NCBI RefSeq assembly: GCF_009914755.1
Contig: NC_060929.1
Direction: 5' to 3' (one strand)
Source: the human T2T-CHM13v2.0 reference genome, Homo sapiens
DNA length: 64,000 bases
Part shown: positions 1 to 12,985 of the stretch, in pieces
Numbering within the stretch: position 1 is the first letter of the stretch
Layout: every line of letters begins with the position of its first letter
The notes under the pieces: generated by a model
The model's database searches: none
Told to the model about the DNA's origin: nothing
Seen by the model: only the letters and a program-made list of their open reading frames with translations
Position numbers and translations under genes: made by a program

Positions 1-150
1 TTTGCTCATTTATTTGTTTACTTGTATGCTGTTTCCTCACCTAGACTATAAGCCCCGCGAGGCCAGGGACCTGTTCATCTGTGTACTGCAGTACCTCCAG
101 CCCCCAGCCTACAAGAGGGACTTCTTAAGAACTGTTGAGTAAATGAATGC
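1..150 (+). mobile_element. LINE-2 3' end fragment
   Basis: ctagactataagccccgcgaggccagggac...tgttgagtaaatgaatg matches the typical L2 3' terminus ending in TGAA repeats. Confidence 0.6.
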
Positions 151-299
151 ATGGATTGGAATCCTGGCTCTTGCTGTATGACCTCGCTGAGGTTCCGTTC
201 TCTTAGCTGTAAAATGGGCACGGTAGTGGCTTCCAAAGGAGATCTCAGCCCAGCGCCAGGCTTCTAGGAAGCGCTCAATTGAGGATTTTGTTACATTGA

Positions 300-1075
300 T
301 GTCAAAAGAAAATGGAAACCGTGTCTGCCGCTTGAGATGCCATCAGGGGGCGCCCTTGTGCAAGGCGCTCGGCGTGCTGCGCCTTCCGCAGGCTCCCGGG
401 TGAGCGCATCCAAGGCCGCCCCCACTCCCCGCCCCCACCTTTGGGGGGCTTATCTCCTCCCCTCTCCGTCCCGTTCACACGCCCACCCTCACTCCGCCCG
501 CGTCCCCGCTCCGGGGACCGTCTCCGCAGCCCCGTGCCCACCCTTCCCCACCGCCAGGCCCAGACTCCTTCCGCCCACGCGGCCCCATATGCTGGAAAGA
601 GCCTCCCACTCCCCATCTGTCAAGCCACTTCCTTGCCCCCATTCCCGGCTTCGCCGCTGTCCCCTCCTCCAGGAAGCTGGTCCTGATTGAGGGGCAGAGG
701 ACTGCCAGCTTCGCCGGTCAACCGCCCGGTATCCCCGTTCCCCCAACCACAGGGCTTTAGGGAAATGCCCGCTGCCCTGGGCAGATGACCCCCAGTGCTG
801 AGCTCTGAGCCTCGAGTCAGGGTTTGCGAACAGATGCGAGAACTCTCTGTGCGCTTCAGACCCGTGGGGAAACCCTGCCGAGGAAAGGAGTGGGAGGGCC
901 TGCGTGGAAGGACCCCTCGTGTCACGGCCGGCTGGCTGGGGGTGGGGAGCGGGCTTCGGGGCATTGCCGGCTGTTCGCCTGGAGGACGCAGGGCTTGGGG
1001 AGCGCGGTACAGACAAACACAGGCTGCTTTTCTCGCCCGAAAGACCGGTTTCATTTCGCAGATTGATTATTGCTG
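300..1075. promoter_or_regulatory. Orphan CpG island 1
   Basis: High GC, dense unmutated CpGs and GC boxes (ccccgccc, ccgccc); no recognisable coding exon. Confidence 0.8.
340..353 (+). promoter_or_regulatory. CTCF core motif candidate
   Basis: CCATCAGGGGGCGC vs consensus CCASYAGRKGGCRS (1 mismatch), at the edge of the CpG island. Confidence 0.5.
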
Positions 1076-1076
1076 C

Positions 1077-1080
<4 letters not shown>

Positions 1081-1124
<44 letters not shown>
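1081..1124. repeat. (GT)22 microsatellite
   Basis: Directly visible. Confidence 0.98.
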
Positions 1125-1127
<3 letters not shown>

Positions 1128-1654
1128 GGCGTTGTTAGTTTTTTAAAAATGTAACTTGCTTGTCTAATGAATGTTTGATTGCACCTACATCCGGAGGGTG
1201 TTTTAATGAAAGGTGAAGGCTCCTGGAGGGAAATAAATAAATAAAGGATCGCTCCCCATCCGTAGGCACCCGCTCCCCCGGCAACTCTCTATCCACAGCT
1301 ATCTTCTGAAGCCCATGCCCTCGCGGAAGAATTCTGTTCCTGTTTGAATGTTCCCATGTAAATGCTGCTGCTCTCCCATGGAAATCACACCCTTCAATCG
1401 GTCAATCTCAGGGCTTTTATTAAGGGTGTGAAGGGGAGATGAATGGGGAGAGGGAGCTCTGGGGGAGCGGGGAGAGGAGCGAGGAGGCCTCTTTTCCCGC
1501 CGCAGGCTGGACTGGGTTTTGCTCGCTTGGTGAGTGCACACCCACTCTGCGCCAGGCTTTGTGCTGAGATCGGTGGACACGGAGAAAGCAGGCACAGGGT
1601 AATGCCAGTGCTATCAGTTCAATTCAGCAATTATTTGTTCAGCATCCCAGTACC

Positions 1655-1816
1655 ACATTGTGACCCTGGGGGATTCGCTGAACCTCAGACAGCCTCAGTT
1701 TCCTCATCTGTAAAATGGAGATTGTAATCATATTTATCTCATTATGTGTTGGTGGGATTAAATGAGAGAGTGCATGGCACACAGTAAGCACTCAGGGAAT
1801 GCTAGCTGTTATTATC
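1655..1816 (+). mobile_element. MIR SINE
   Basis: Core gcctcagtttcctcatctgtaaaatgg plus 3' ggcacacagtaagcactca. Confidence 0.85.
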
Positions 1817-2339
1817 TACTATGTAAGTAGTAGTGTAGGGGCTATGGGAAAGCAGAGCGGTGTGGAGCACAGACCTAGGAGATTATTAGAGGGTGGATTT
1901 AAAAGTGCATCCCTCTTACAGGTAGAATGTCTACGTTTAGGCTCAGTCCCATTGATCAGTCAACTGATAATTACTGACTGCTGGCATACCAGCCACTGTT
2001 CTTCACTTCGTGGATACAGCTATGAGACAGGTAAATCTGGTCTCTGCACAGAGAGCTCATGTCTAGTAAGGGAGACCTAGGTCCATAAACAGCCTGGCCA
2101 CAGGGTGGGCAGAGCCGTAACAGAACAAGCCCAGGCAACTGTGGGAGCACAGACGAGGGGTATTTCACCCGACTTGGCTTCCCAGAGGAGGGTAATTTAA
2201 CCAGACAAAGATCGAGGGTTAGGAATGTGTGAGGGATGGGAGGAAAAATATTCTAAGCCCAGGGAATTGCCTGTTGGGAGGGCACAGAGATTAAGAGAGT
2301 GAAGTCATGAGTGATTGGAGAACTGAAATTTCCATCTCC

Positions 2340-2610
2340 CATAATGGTTAAAGAAACAGCTTTGGAATCAAATGCCTGGCTTCAAATTCTGGGTCTGCTA
2401 TGTGCTAGCTGTGTGACCTTGGTCAAATTATTTCATCTCTCTGTGCCTCAGTTTTCTCTTTTGTAAAATGAGTCTATTAATAATAAGGGTTAATAATAAT
2501 ATCCATTTCATTGGATTGTTGTGGAGAATGGATGAGATGGCATTTGTAAAATGCTTAGCCCAGACCTGGCATGAGGTTAACATTCAGTAACTGTTAAATA
2601 GTATTATTCT
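2340..2610 (+). mobile_element. MIR SINE, near full length
   Basis: ggttaaag...ttcaaattctgggtctgc...tgtgaccttgg...tgcctcagttttc...tgtaaaatgag. Confidence 0.85.
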
Positions 2611-2764
2611 TCACTGTTGCTGAAGATGAAGCCATGGTGTGGGGAGGGTGAGAGGTGAGGAGGAGGCTCAGATCATGAAGGACCTTATAATCCATGGTAA
2701 GGGGTTTGTACAAACCTAAGAACAATGGGGAATTGATGGAGTGACAAAATCATATTTGCAGTCA

Positions 2765-3597
2765 TCCCTGGCATCCTTCCTGACGCCTTTCTTTCACACC
2801 CCACATGCAGTTCATCAGAAAACATTGTCAGCTCTACCTTCATAACTCATTCAGCATCAAACCACTTCTTACCACTTCCATAGACTCTACCCTGGTCCGA
2901 GCTATTATCATCTCTTCCCTGTGTTACTGCAATGGCTTCCTAACTAGTCTTCCCACTTCTACCCTTGTGCCCTTACTGTTTGTTCTTCACACAGTGGGTG
3001 GAGAGGTCCTGTTAAAATGTAAGCCAATTAAAATTATTGTGTCATGCCTCTGCTCAACCCCTCCACTGGTGCAGCATCTCACTCAGGGTCAAAGCCAAAG
3101 TCTTTATAATGGCCTATAGACCCTGCAAGGTGTGGCCTTCTGCCAGATCTCTCCCTCTTCTCATACTCCTCCAGCCTTACTGGTCTCTGTGCACTTTCTC
3201 AAACATGAACTTGCCAAGTGCCATCCCACCTCAGGATTTTACACTTGCTGTTCCATCTGCCTGGAATAACTCCAGGTATCAGCAAGCCTCACTCCCTCAC
3301 TTCTTTCAGATGTCTGCTCAATGAGGGCTTTTCTCCCTACCTTATATAATAGCAAGCCTATATCCTGCCACAGGATATACTCCCTGACTCCCTCCTCTGC
3401 TTTCTTTCTTTCCATAGCAATGATCACTGTCTAATACTATACATTTACTTGACTACTTATTATTGACCCCTCACCTCCCCACTGGAATATAAGCCCCACG
3501 AGGGCAATAGTTTTATTCATTGCTGTACCCCCAGCATCTTGAACAGTGCCTGGCACAGAATAGGCTCTCAATAACTATTAGTTCAGTGAATGAATGT
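2765..3597 (+). mobile_element. LINE-2 (L2a-like) 3' ~830 bp
   Basis: Long pyrimidine-rich L2 3' region ending cagtgcctggcacagaataggctctcaataactattagttcagtgaatgaatg. Confidence 0.85.
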
Positions 3598-5134
3598 GTA
3601 TGCATCAGAAAAAGACCACTGTGATGCAATGTACAGAATGAATGGGGTAGGGTGGGGCAATAGCAGAGGCTGGGAGGGAGACCTTTGCAATCTTCCAGAG
3701 CAGGGATGATGTCATCACATATGGGCCAAGGTGGTAGAACTGGAGAGGAGTGAGTGGTCTGGAGAGAAATTTCGGTTTCATCTGCAGGGTAGGGGCTGTA
3801 AAAGAAAGGAGGAGGTGAAGAATGATAGAGATGCCCAAGTTTTTGGCTTAGACATCTTGGTGGACAGTGGTGCCAATTATTGAGATGGTGAAAGGGGAAC
3901 AGGCTGAGGTGAGGAGTTATTGATGTGAGCATCTCTGAGCCTTGGTTGCCTTATCTGTGGAATGTAGAAGATGACCTCTGCCCTGCCTACTTTCTGGGAT
4001 GGTTATAGAGACAGAGAGAGGTAAAAGAAATGGGATCCCTTTGTATGAGTGCCCGGTGGGTTCCCAGATGTAAAGCAAAATTATTACTATTATTACTATT
4101 AAAGTCAACTCGGGGAGATCTGACAGAGAGGTAAAATGAGAACCTGCAGCAGAATCTAATCAAATGCCAGCCTGGGTGGAAGCAAATGCCAGGAAGCACG
4201 ATTTAGTCGATATATGCAGTGGGTGGTCAGGAAGGGGAAAGAACAATGTGACCTAAGCTGTCAGAGGCCATGTGGAGGTGGGAGGGGGTACTCAGCTGGA
4301 TTCTGGAGTGACAGAGGGGGAACCAGAGCAAAGGTTGGGGTTTGGTCAGAGGTTCACAAGCAGAGAAGCCGTGGGGTAGCTTGGGGATCTGGGGGTAGGC
4401 AGAGAACCCTGGGCACAGGATGAATGATGGTCACCACCACAGACTTCCTTTTCCTATCTCCACCTACCAAATGAGAAAACAGTGGTAATTCTCAACTGGT
4501 AATTCAATCCAGGAGAATGGGCAGAAACCATCAGAGCATGGCCAGTGGGGATCTGCCTCTGCTGTGTCATCCAGCCAGTTTTGCTCATGCCCATACTTGG
4601 TGCTGAGTAGAATGGGAAATATGGAAATACACTCTCTAATGTTCATCAGGCACCTACTAAGTGCCAAGGAGTCATGTGAACTTGTAGACTTGGTTCCTGC
4701 CCTCTGAGAGTTCAGGGTCAAGTAGGGAGACAAGCATTCAATAAATACTTTGCAGAAGCCCTGAGGTAGGTACTGTCATCCTTGTTTTGCAGATGAGAGG
4801 CTCACAGATGTTAAGGTCATCTGTGGTAGAACCGAGATTTGAACCCAGGTAGTTTGTCTCTAAAACTGTAACCACTGACGACACTGCCCATGGTCAGAGA
4901 GTCTGTGATCCTTGGCTTACACGTGGCAGGGACAGACTTGTACTATTCTGTCACCAGAGCCCTGGAGGGGTCAACAGGAAGAACTTGGGAAACTGGAGGG
5001 AACTAAAGGAGCCCCACAGAGCGAAAAAGGATCTTAGAGGCCCACTTGCAGACATGGCTATTTATTTTTTTACAAATATTTATTTCATTTCTTCTATATT
5101 CCAGGTACTGTGTGAGATAGTGATAGGTAGAAGA

Positions 5135-5520
5135 TTCATTTATTGATTCACTCAGCAACTATTGAGCACCTACTATGTGCCAGACACTATGCTAAGCTGT
5201 GGGGTTACAAGAGAAACCAAACAGACAAAACCCTTGCCCTCATTGAGCTTATGATCTAATGGGAAGACAGAAAATAAACAAGATAAATAAGTTTAAATAT
5301 ATATATGTAGTATGATAGATAGTGATAAGTGCTAAGAAGGATAAAAAAGGAATTATGTGAAGTTGAAATTTTAGACAAGGTAGCCAAGGAAGGCCTCAGT
5401 GACATGAGGTGAGAAGGGCAGGCCAGGCTCAAGTCATGTAAGGCATTGCTGGTCCTTGTAAAAAATACATAGCTTTATATTTTTAAAAATCTAAAACACT
5501 ATGGGAGGCCAGCAGAATTT
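5135..5520 (-). mobile_element. LINE-2 3' fragment
   Basis: attcattt...attgagcacctactatgtgccagacactatgctaag is the reverse complement of the L2 3' end. Confidence 0.75.
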
Positions 5521-5534
5521 TTCCCTTTTGTTTT

Positions 5535-5920
5535 TGTGTGCATGATTTTATGTAGGAGTTCCCTGGAGACCAATGCTCATGGAAGAGGGGCAGGAGGCAG
5601 GAATGGGCAGAGGGAGAAGATGAGCACAGGCCCGGCAGTGGCCTTGGCCGGCTGGATGAGGAACTCCAGTGCTGGACACGCCTCTTCTAGAGCTGTCGTG
5701 AGTTGGGCTGATGGCTCATCCTTCATCTCCCCCATCAGTCAGTGCTTGGGTGTAGAGACCCACGCAAGTGGCATGACCTTGGATGAGGCAGTTCTTTGCA
5801 GTTGATGCAATCCCGGAGGGGCTTAGAGCTGGAGGCTATTTCCCAACAGCAAGCCAGTACCAGGGGCAACGAGCCCTTCTCTGAACAGGGGCCTGGGCGG
5901 CTGTTCATACTGTCCATCCC
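5535..5920. mobile_element. Ancient ERVL-class LTR fragment (LTR33-like)
   Basis: ggaggcaggaatgggcagagggagaag...gcatgaccttggatgaggcagttctttgcagttga resembles LTR33-family sequence from memory. Confidence 0.45.
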
Positions 5921-6964
5921 ATGTATCTAGGCCTTTCTTTTTCAGCCTATGATAGTGTTTATTCAGTGGAAGTTTTTAACCATAAATGATATAATCTGAT
6001 TCACATATAATTTTTTAAAACAATCACTCCAGTTTCTGTGTGTGGAGAATAGACTGGGGTGGGGGCAGGGTGAGGTGGGGAGACCAGTTTGAGGCTGAGG
6101 CGTGTGGAAGTCCCAACAGGAGCCCCTGGGAAGCAGAGGAAGGACAGGCTCCTTGAGGCTCGGTCGGGCCCTGGGCCTGTGCCCGGTGACCCTTCTCCCA
6201 CAACAGAATAGCAAACACAGCGACCAGTCCGCACCTTTCAACCTGGGTGCGGTCCCAAGGTCATCCTGCATCTGGAGCCACAGAGGTGGTGGTGGTGGAA
6301 GATTAAGTCCTCAGAAGGTCAAGTGAGCTTGTGGCCAGGCGTAAGTTCCTTTAGAGTCAGGAACCTCAGCTCTGTGGACCCGTTTCCCAGCATCTGCATT
6401 TCCCCCTTCTTTCCCCTTTTTTCTTCCCTCTGTTTGGTTGATACGTTTCCTTTAAAAAATCTTACCTTATCTTAGCAGAACTGAGAGGAAAGGAGGTGTG
6501 CCTGCACTGGTGAAGGCTGGCTGGCACACTGTTTCCCCACTCCCCACCCCATCCCCCGGGCCAAGCATGGGGGTGTCGGGAACCTGTCCCAGCCAAGAGG
6601 AGGAGCAGATGGGCAAACCAGGAAAGAGAAGTTAAGGCCACTGAACCTCCTGCCTGGAGTGGACCTGTCCTTCAGGAAAGGAGTTGAGGGATGGGAGGGC
6701 TGGAAGTTTCCTTGGGCAGCCATTGGCAAGATAACAGGGTTGATCTGGTTTCTGGTTTCTGCTCAGATGCGTGATGCGTAGTCCCTAGCCTGGGAAAGTC
6801 CTAGCTAACAGATAGACCCAGGCAGCAACTTTTCTACCCTCACCAAATGGACAAGCAAGCTGCTTGTCTCACCCTCAGTAGTACCAGCGAAAGTCAAAGC
6901 TATGTAGGGTGGAACAGATCCCTCCAAAGAAACTGGACCCAGTGCAGGACCTGGTGCATTTGTG

Positions 6965-7312
6965 AACTCTTGCACTTGCTGTTCATTCTGGGAATGTTTT
7001 CCCCAGCTCCTGCATGGCTGGCTTGCTCACCTTTGTTCACGTATCAGTTCAAATCTCAGGCCCTCTGGCCACTCTGTCTAAAATAGTCCTCCCACTCCCT
7101 CCCCATCACCTCACCTGTTTGGTTTTGTCTCCCTAATAAGCACATATCACCATCTGAAATGATATCTTTTACTGGCTTATTTCTTGTATGCTTCCTCGGG
7201 CTGGATTGGAAGCTCCATGAGGCCGGGCCCCTTGCCTGTCTTGTTCATCTCTGTATCTTCAATGTCTAAAATAGTGCCTGGTAGGCACTTACTACATTGT
7301 GAAATGAAGGAA
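6965..7312 (+). mobile_element. LINE-2 3' fragment
   Basis: ttgcacttgctgttc...gaagctccatgaggccggg...aatagtgcctgg...tgaaatgaa. Confidence 0.7.
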
Positions 7313-7453
7313 TTAAGTGTCGTCTTCTCCCTCATCCCTCAAAACGTCAAGGATAAAATCAACCCTGTGAGCATATAAATGGCCATAGAGGGACAGTCCC
7401 TCCAAAGAGGTTGGGCGCAACCCTAAGATCCCAGGCCATGAGCCCAGAGTGGG

Positions 7454-7540
7454 AGTGTGTGTGTGCGCGCACACGTGCACGTGTAGTGTGCGTGCATGTT
7501 TTGTGTGTATGTGTCATTGTGCATGTTGTGTGTGTGTGTT
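7454..7540. repeat. Degenerate (TG/CG/CA)n alternating purine-pyrimidine tract
   Basis: gtgtgtgtgtgcgcgcacacgtgcacgtgtagtgtgcgtgc... Confidence 0.85.
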
Positions 7541-8419
7541 TTTTGATGAGAAGAGAGAAAACCATTCACTCCAAGCTGAGGTTCCTGCTGCACTAAATAC
7601 AGGGACTCCCAAAGTCTGATCAAAGGCCAGCTTCTTTTAGGGAGCGGGAAAGGAACAGGGGAAGGAGAGAGGGCTTCTGAAAGTGACCCCTAGGGCTCTG
7701 CAGGCCTTTGCAAGGCCTTAGGCTGTCAGCTGGGGGTGCCCACCCAAGTATGACCACATCATCCCCACAATTTCCAGACCCTCTGAACCCTGGCTGCCCC
7801 TCCTCCCAGAAAAGTGTCAATGTGAAGAAGGGGAATTTGCTCTATCAAGTGTGACCCAGGGTTGGTGATGAATACCAGAGATGGTAGGATCAGCTAGAAT
7901 AACATGTCACACGGTGGGCTGCGTCCAGGAATGCTGGATTGGGTAACTGGCAAATTGAAAGGCTGCTTCATACTATAATGGTTAAAGAAAAAGGGAATTA
8001 TCTCATGCCTTTCTTTTCGTCTATCAAGGTGTCAGCATATGCTAATTACCTGGCAAAGGCTTCAACGAGAAGAGGAAGAACAACTATTATATTTCTGAGG
8101 AAAGATTTATCTTGCGTTATTGGCGCCAGTTGGAGGAGGAGGTGGGGGTGGTAGGGGGTCAGAGAGGCAAAGTGAGAACTGTTTTTTGACTTGAATGGAA
8201 TAGAAAATGCCTTTGAACTGAGGTTTTTCTCCTAAGATTAGAAATAATAAGCCTTGTTGGGAGAGGCTTTGCTCTGAGCCTGTGGGCAGAAGAGGGGGCA
8301 GCATGGGTGGAGGACTCTAGCATCCTAGGAGGTTGTGGGAAGGGGTCAGGCTGGGCAGTCGACTGGGCAGGGCACGTAGAACTCCTCCATTCATCCATGG
8401 ATTGTATTAAGGAGGCTGT

Positions 8420-8660
8420 ATAGGATGCGTGTTCAGAAGCACAGGCTTAGAGTCAGGCAACCCTGGGTTTTGAATCCTGGCCCCACTACCTCCTAGCTGT
8501 GGTCTATGGCACATTGCTCTATGTTTCAGAGCCTCAGTTTCCTCATCTGTGGGGAAAATAATACCTACTTTATATTGGTTACTGTCTTAGCTAAATGGTA
8601 TCATGTGAAAGAGATTTTCAGTGTAGCTCCATAAGCAAGAGCACCGGTGGATATTATTAC
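8420..8660 (+). mobile_element. MIR SINE
   Basis: gaatcctggccccactacc...gagcctcagtttcctcatctgt. Confidence 0.8.
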
Positions 8661-9249
8661 TCAGCATATGTTTTCTGAGCACCTACTGCAGTTCAAGCAC
8701 TAGGGAAACAGGTTAATAAGTCAGATAGGGCTCTGCCCTCCAGGAACTTATCACAAAATGGAGGGCCTGAATCTCCTTTGGTTCCCTCAGAGATCCCAGA
8801 AAGTGAAGAAAAGGGGTACAGGGAACAGGGAAGGGCCCTCAAGCTTTACATGAGGCTGTGCTTCCCCCATTATAATGATAATAACAGTGAACTGGATGCT
8901 TGATACACATGAACTCGAAGTGGAGATTTGGTGGGTAAGTGTTGAAGGCTAAAGGATCACCCCAGGAAGGAGCTTGGAGGTGTCAGAGCTTAACAGGATT
9001 GAGTTTGCAAGAGACAGGCGAGGGGCTGGTCAGGATCCAAGCTGTGGAGACCAACACTGGGGGTCTAGTACCTCCAAGGGGGTCTGTCCTCAGGAATGGA
9101 AGGTCCTGGGGCCAGATGGACTGACTCCCATGAGTTGACCCCAATGCCAATGTCAAATTTCAGCTGTCCCAGGCCCCTCCATTCAGGATCAGCAGCTGTG
9201 AGCAAGTGAGCTGGAGAGGCAGCCTGACATGGTGGCAAGTGTGCAGCCA

Positions 9250-9440
9250 ATGGTGCAGAGATCTGAGTTCAAATCCTATTTCTCATACTTATCAAATGGT
9301 GGACTTGGGTCAGTTCCTAACCTCTCTGTGCCTCTGTTAAATACAGAAAATGAACTCTAACTGTGGGGTTGTTGGGCGGACTAAAAACAAGGCATTCGAA
9401 GCACCTGGTGCACAGTAGACGTTCCCAAATGGTAGAGGTG
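9250..9440 (+). mobile_element. MIR SINE
   Basis: ctgagttcaaatcct...aacctctctgtgcctc...cctggtgcacagtag. Confidence 0.7.
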
Positions 9441-10263
9441 ATTACTAAAATTGGCCATCCTTGCCAACTATGTCTGATTCACTGCTGGCCCCAACCCCTG
9501 TGGCCTGGAGAGGCATTTACTGCTCTGGGGATGGCAGAGGAAGGAATGGGGGTGGCACCAGGTGGGTTGTGTGGCAGGCAGAGACTTTGAGCAGGTAATG
9601 GCTGTCACAGACCAGCAAATCACAGGTGTCGGGAACAACAGGAGTTACGCTCAGACTCCAAAGAACAAACACGCAGCACAAGACGTTTTGCCAAAGCAAA
9701 GCTGTTTTGATCGTTCCCGGATGTGACATGTATCGCATGAGGAAAGAGAGCCTCTTGCACTGAGGCTGCCTAATTGACAGCCGGCAGCTCCAAGCAGAGT
9801 GGCACTGGGCAAGGTGAGGATGAGGGTGGAGCACCCTCCTCATACTGCTGGCCTCTCCATCACCGCAGGCAAGGCTTCATAGCAGAAGCACTCTTGCCTG
9901 TGGAGTGAGGGAGGCTCACTATTCCCAATACCTCCAGATCCAGCCCTGGCCTCCACCTCTGCAGCCCCAGCCTGCATCACTCCTGGAACCCAGGCTCTGT
10001 GCCAGTCTAATTGAACTTCAAAACTTTGCCAAATGCGCCAGGCTCTGTCTGGCCTCCAGGCCTTTGCATATGCTATTCTCTCTGCCTTGGATTCGCCTCC
10101 CACCCACCTGGCTAGTAATGGCAAATGCCTACTTAATAACAAAAATAAAAGCAGCTTACATTTATTGAGCACTTACTCTGGGTTAAGTACTTACCCAATT
10201 TTATCTTATTTAGTCCTCACAACAACCTACAAGGTAAAAATACTGATAGTTGACATGCAGTAG

Positions 10264-10977
<714 letters not shown>

Positions 10978-11488
10978 TGAGGAAACTGAGGCACAAAGAG
11001 GTCAAGGAACTTGTCCAAGATCACGAGCTTGAAGTGGCAGAGCCCAGGTTCCAGCTCAGGTTACCTGACTCCAGACCTGGAATTCATAACTGCTGCACCA
11101 TCTGCCCCTGTATATCCTTTAGAATTCAGCCCAGGGGCCACCTCTCCCCCAGAGGCCTTCTCTTTTCCCGGATTGGGTCAGGAGCTTCCAGCCTTCATCT
11201 TGTGAAGTCTGCTTGTCTGTCCCCTAGGCTGGAAATTCCCAACAGCAGGGACTGTCTGCCTGGTTCAGCACTATATCCTCAAAGTCTAATACAGTGCCTG
11301 GCAGCTAGCAGGGGCTCCACATAGGCTGAAAGCCTGCAAGAATCCTGCTGGAGCACATTCCCGCCCTAGCTTCACCTTTTCAATCACAAAGACTGTAATA
11401 CCCCATCATATATGGTAACTGGGGTTGAAAAAATTCAATCACATAAAATCTGGGTTTTGATTTTTATATAGTTAGTGAGAAGCGATGC

Positions 11489-11646
11489 TTTTTTTCTATT
11501 ATACTTTAAGTTTTAGGATACACGTGTACAACGTGCAGGTTTGTTACATATGTATACCTGTGCCATGTTGGTGTGCTGCACCCACTAACTCGTCATTTAA
11601 CATTAGGTATATCTCCTAATGCTATCCCTCCCCCCTCCCCCCACCC
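11489..11646 (-). mobile_element. 5'-truncated L1PA (L1PA4-like) 3' UTR insertion
   Basis: tattatactttaagttttagggtaca...tcatttaacattaggtatatctcctaatgctatccctccccc; target-site duplication gaagc(g/a)atgctttt at 11479 and 11647. Confidence 0.95.
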
Positions 11647-12711
11647 GAAGCAATGCTTTTTCATCCATCTGAATTGGCACATAAAGCCAAGATAGTAAGG
11701 CATGCTGTACACCACTGACCCTATGCTGAACTGAGGAAATTCCAGATAATCACAGGGCATTCACTTCCTGACACTCCCATTCCCTTTTGAGAAATGGAAC
11801 TGGCTGTAGGACAGGAGCTCTTTGCAGCCCTTGCTCATGCTGTATTAAATTTGTGTTTCCTGTGGGGAGCATTAGGAAGAGCATTGCCACACCCGCTTTG
11901 TGCCCAATCTTGGCCACATGCTCCGAAGGTCAAGGAGCCAACAGAGTAGCTGAGAGTCAGAGGGGCCTGGAGAGCGTGAGGGGCTCTGGTCTCACTCCAC
12001 ACATAGTTTCTGTTCTTAAGCCATCATAACACTGTTGCCTGAGCAAACTCTTGCACCACGTGTTCACCTTCCCACTGCCAAGGGTCACTCTTGTTGACTA
12101 ATTCTTTTTGAGATGATGCAGAGATAACAAGCTCTGCCTTGGGAGGGGCTGTCAAAGAAATGAAAGGGATGGACAGCTCAGAGGAGAGTAAGAGTCCCGA
12201 GGGCGGGCAGGTCCAGGCAGGCTCCTTGGAGGAGGTGGCATTTGGTCTGGCCTCTGCGCCCTGCTGGCCTTTCCCCTGTGGTTATAGAGAACACAGAAAT
12301 GCCATGTGAGCCTCAGCCTAGATTTCCCTTTGAGCCAATGACAATTTGGGGAGAGGTTATGGCAGCCTCCAGGAGATGAGAAGTGAGTCCTTATCACTGA
12401 ACCACTACCCCCTCAGGTGTGCAGCCTGCCCAACCCTAGCTGAGAGGTGTGGGAGCCTTACTTTCCTCACCAATAAAATGTAGATAATGATAATACCTTC
12501 CTCCCAGGCCTGTGGTGAAGATCAAATGAGAGAATGCAGGGAAAATCATCTTATATGCTATAAAAGGCTCTGACAAATGCTCATTATTTCTTCCTATTCT
12601 TCTCCTGGAATTTATCAAACACTTTATAGGCCCTGGAGGTATTTTTTTGACTCCATTCTGCATGGCTTTCTCTGGCCATGCTTCTCCTGTCTTCTCCTGC
12701 TGTACTTTAAG

Positions 12712-12985
12712 GGAGGCAGGATAGTGCAGTGGTTAAGGAGGGAAGAGCAGGCTGGCCTGGGTTTGAATCCTGGCTCCTCCTTTGCCTAGAGGAATGCATG
12801 ACTCAGGGCAAGCCACACCACCTTTCAGAGCTCCCTTGGCTCTCTCCTGTTTATCCTGTTTAAAATGGGTATAAAAATTGAACTTAACTCATAGATTGAT
12901 GTGAGGACTAAATGAGATATTTTGTGAACAGTTCTTAATACTGTGCCTGCTGAGTACTTAATAAATGTCTGCTGTGTTGTTTTTT
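12712..12985 (+). mobile_element. MIR SINE
   Basis: ggaggcaggatagtgcagtggttaagg...gggtttgaatcctggctc...taaaatggg...gtgaggactaaatgaga. Confidence 0.85.

Noticed and set aside
302-1154. Multiple overlapping Pro/Arg/Gly-rich ORFs (up to 175 aa)
   Set aside because: Stop-codon scarcity in a GC-rich CpG island; no domain or exon structure
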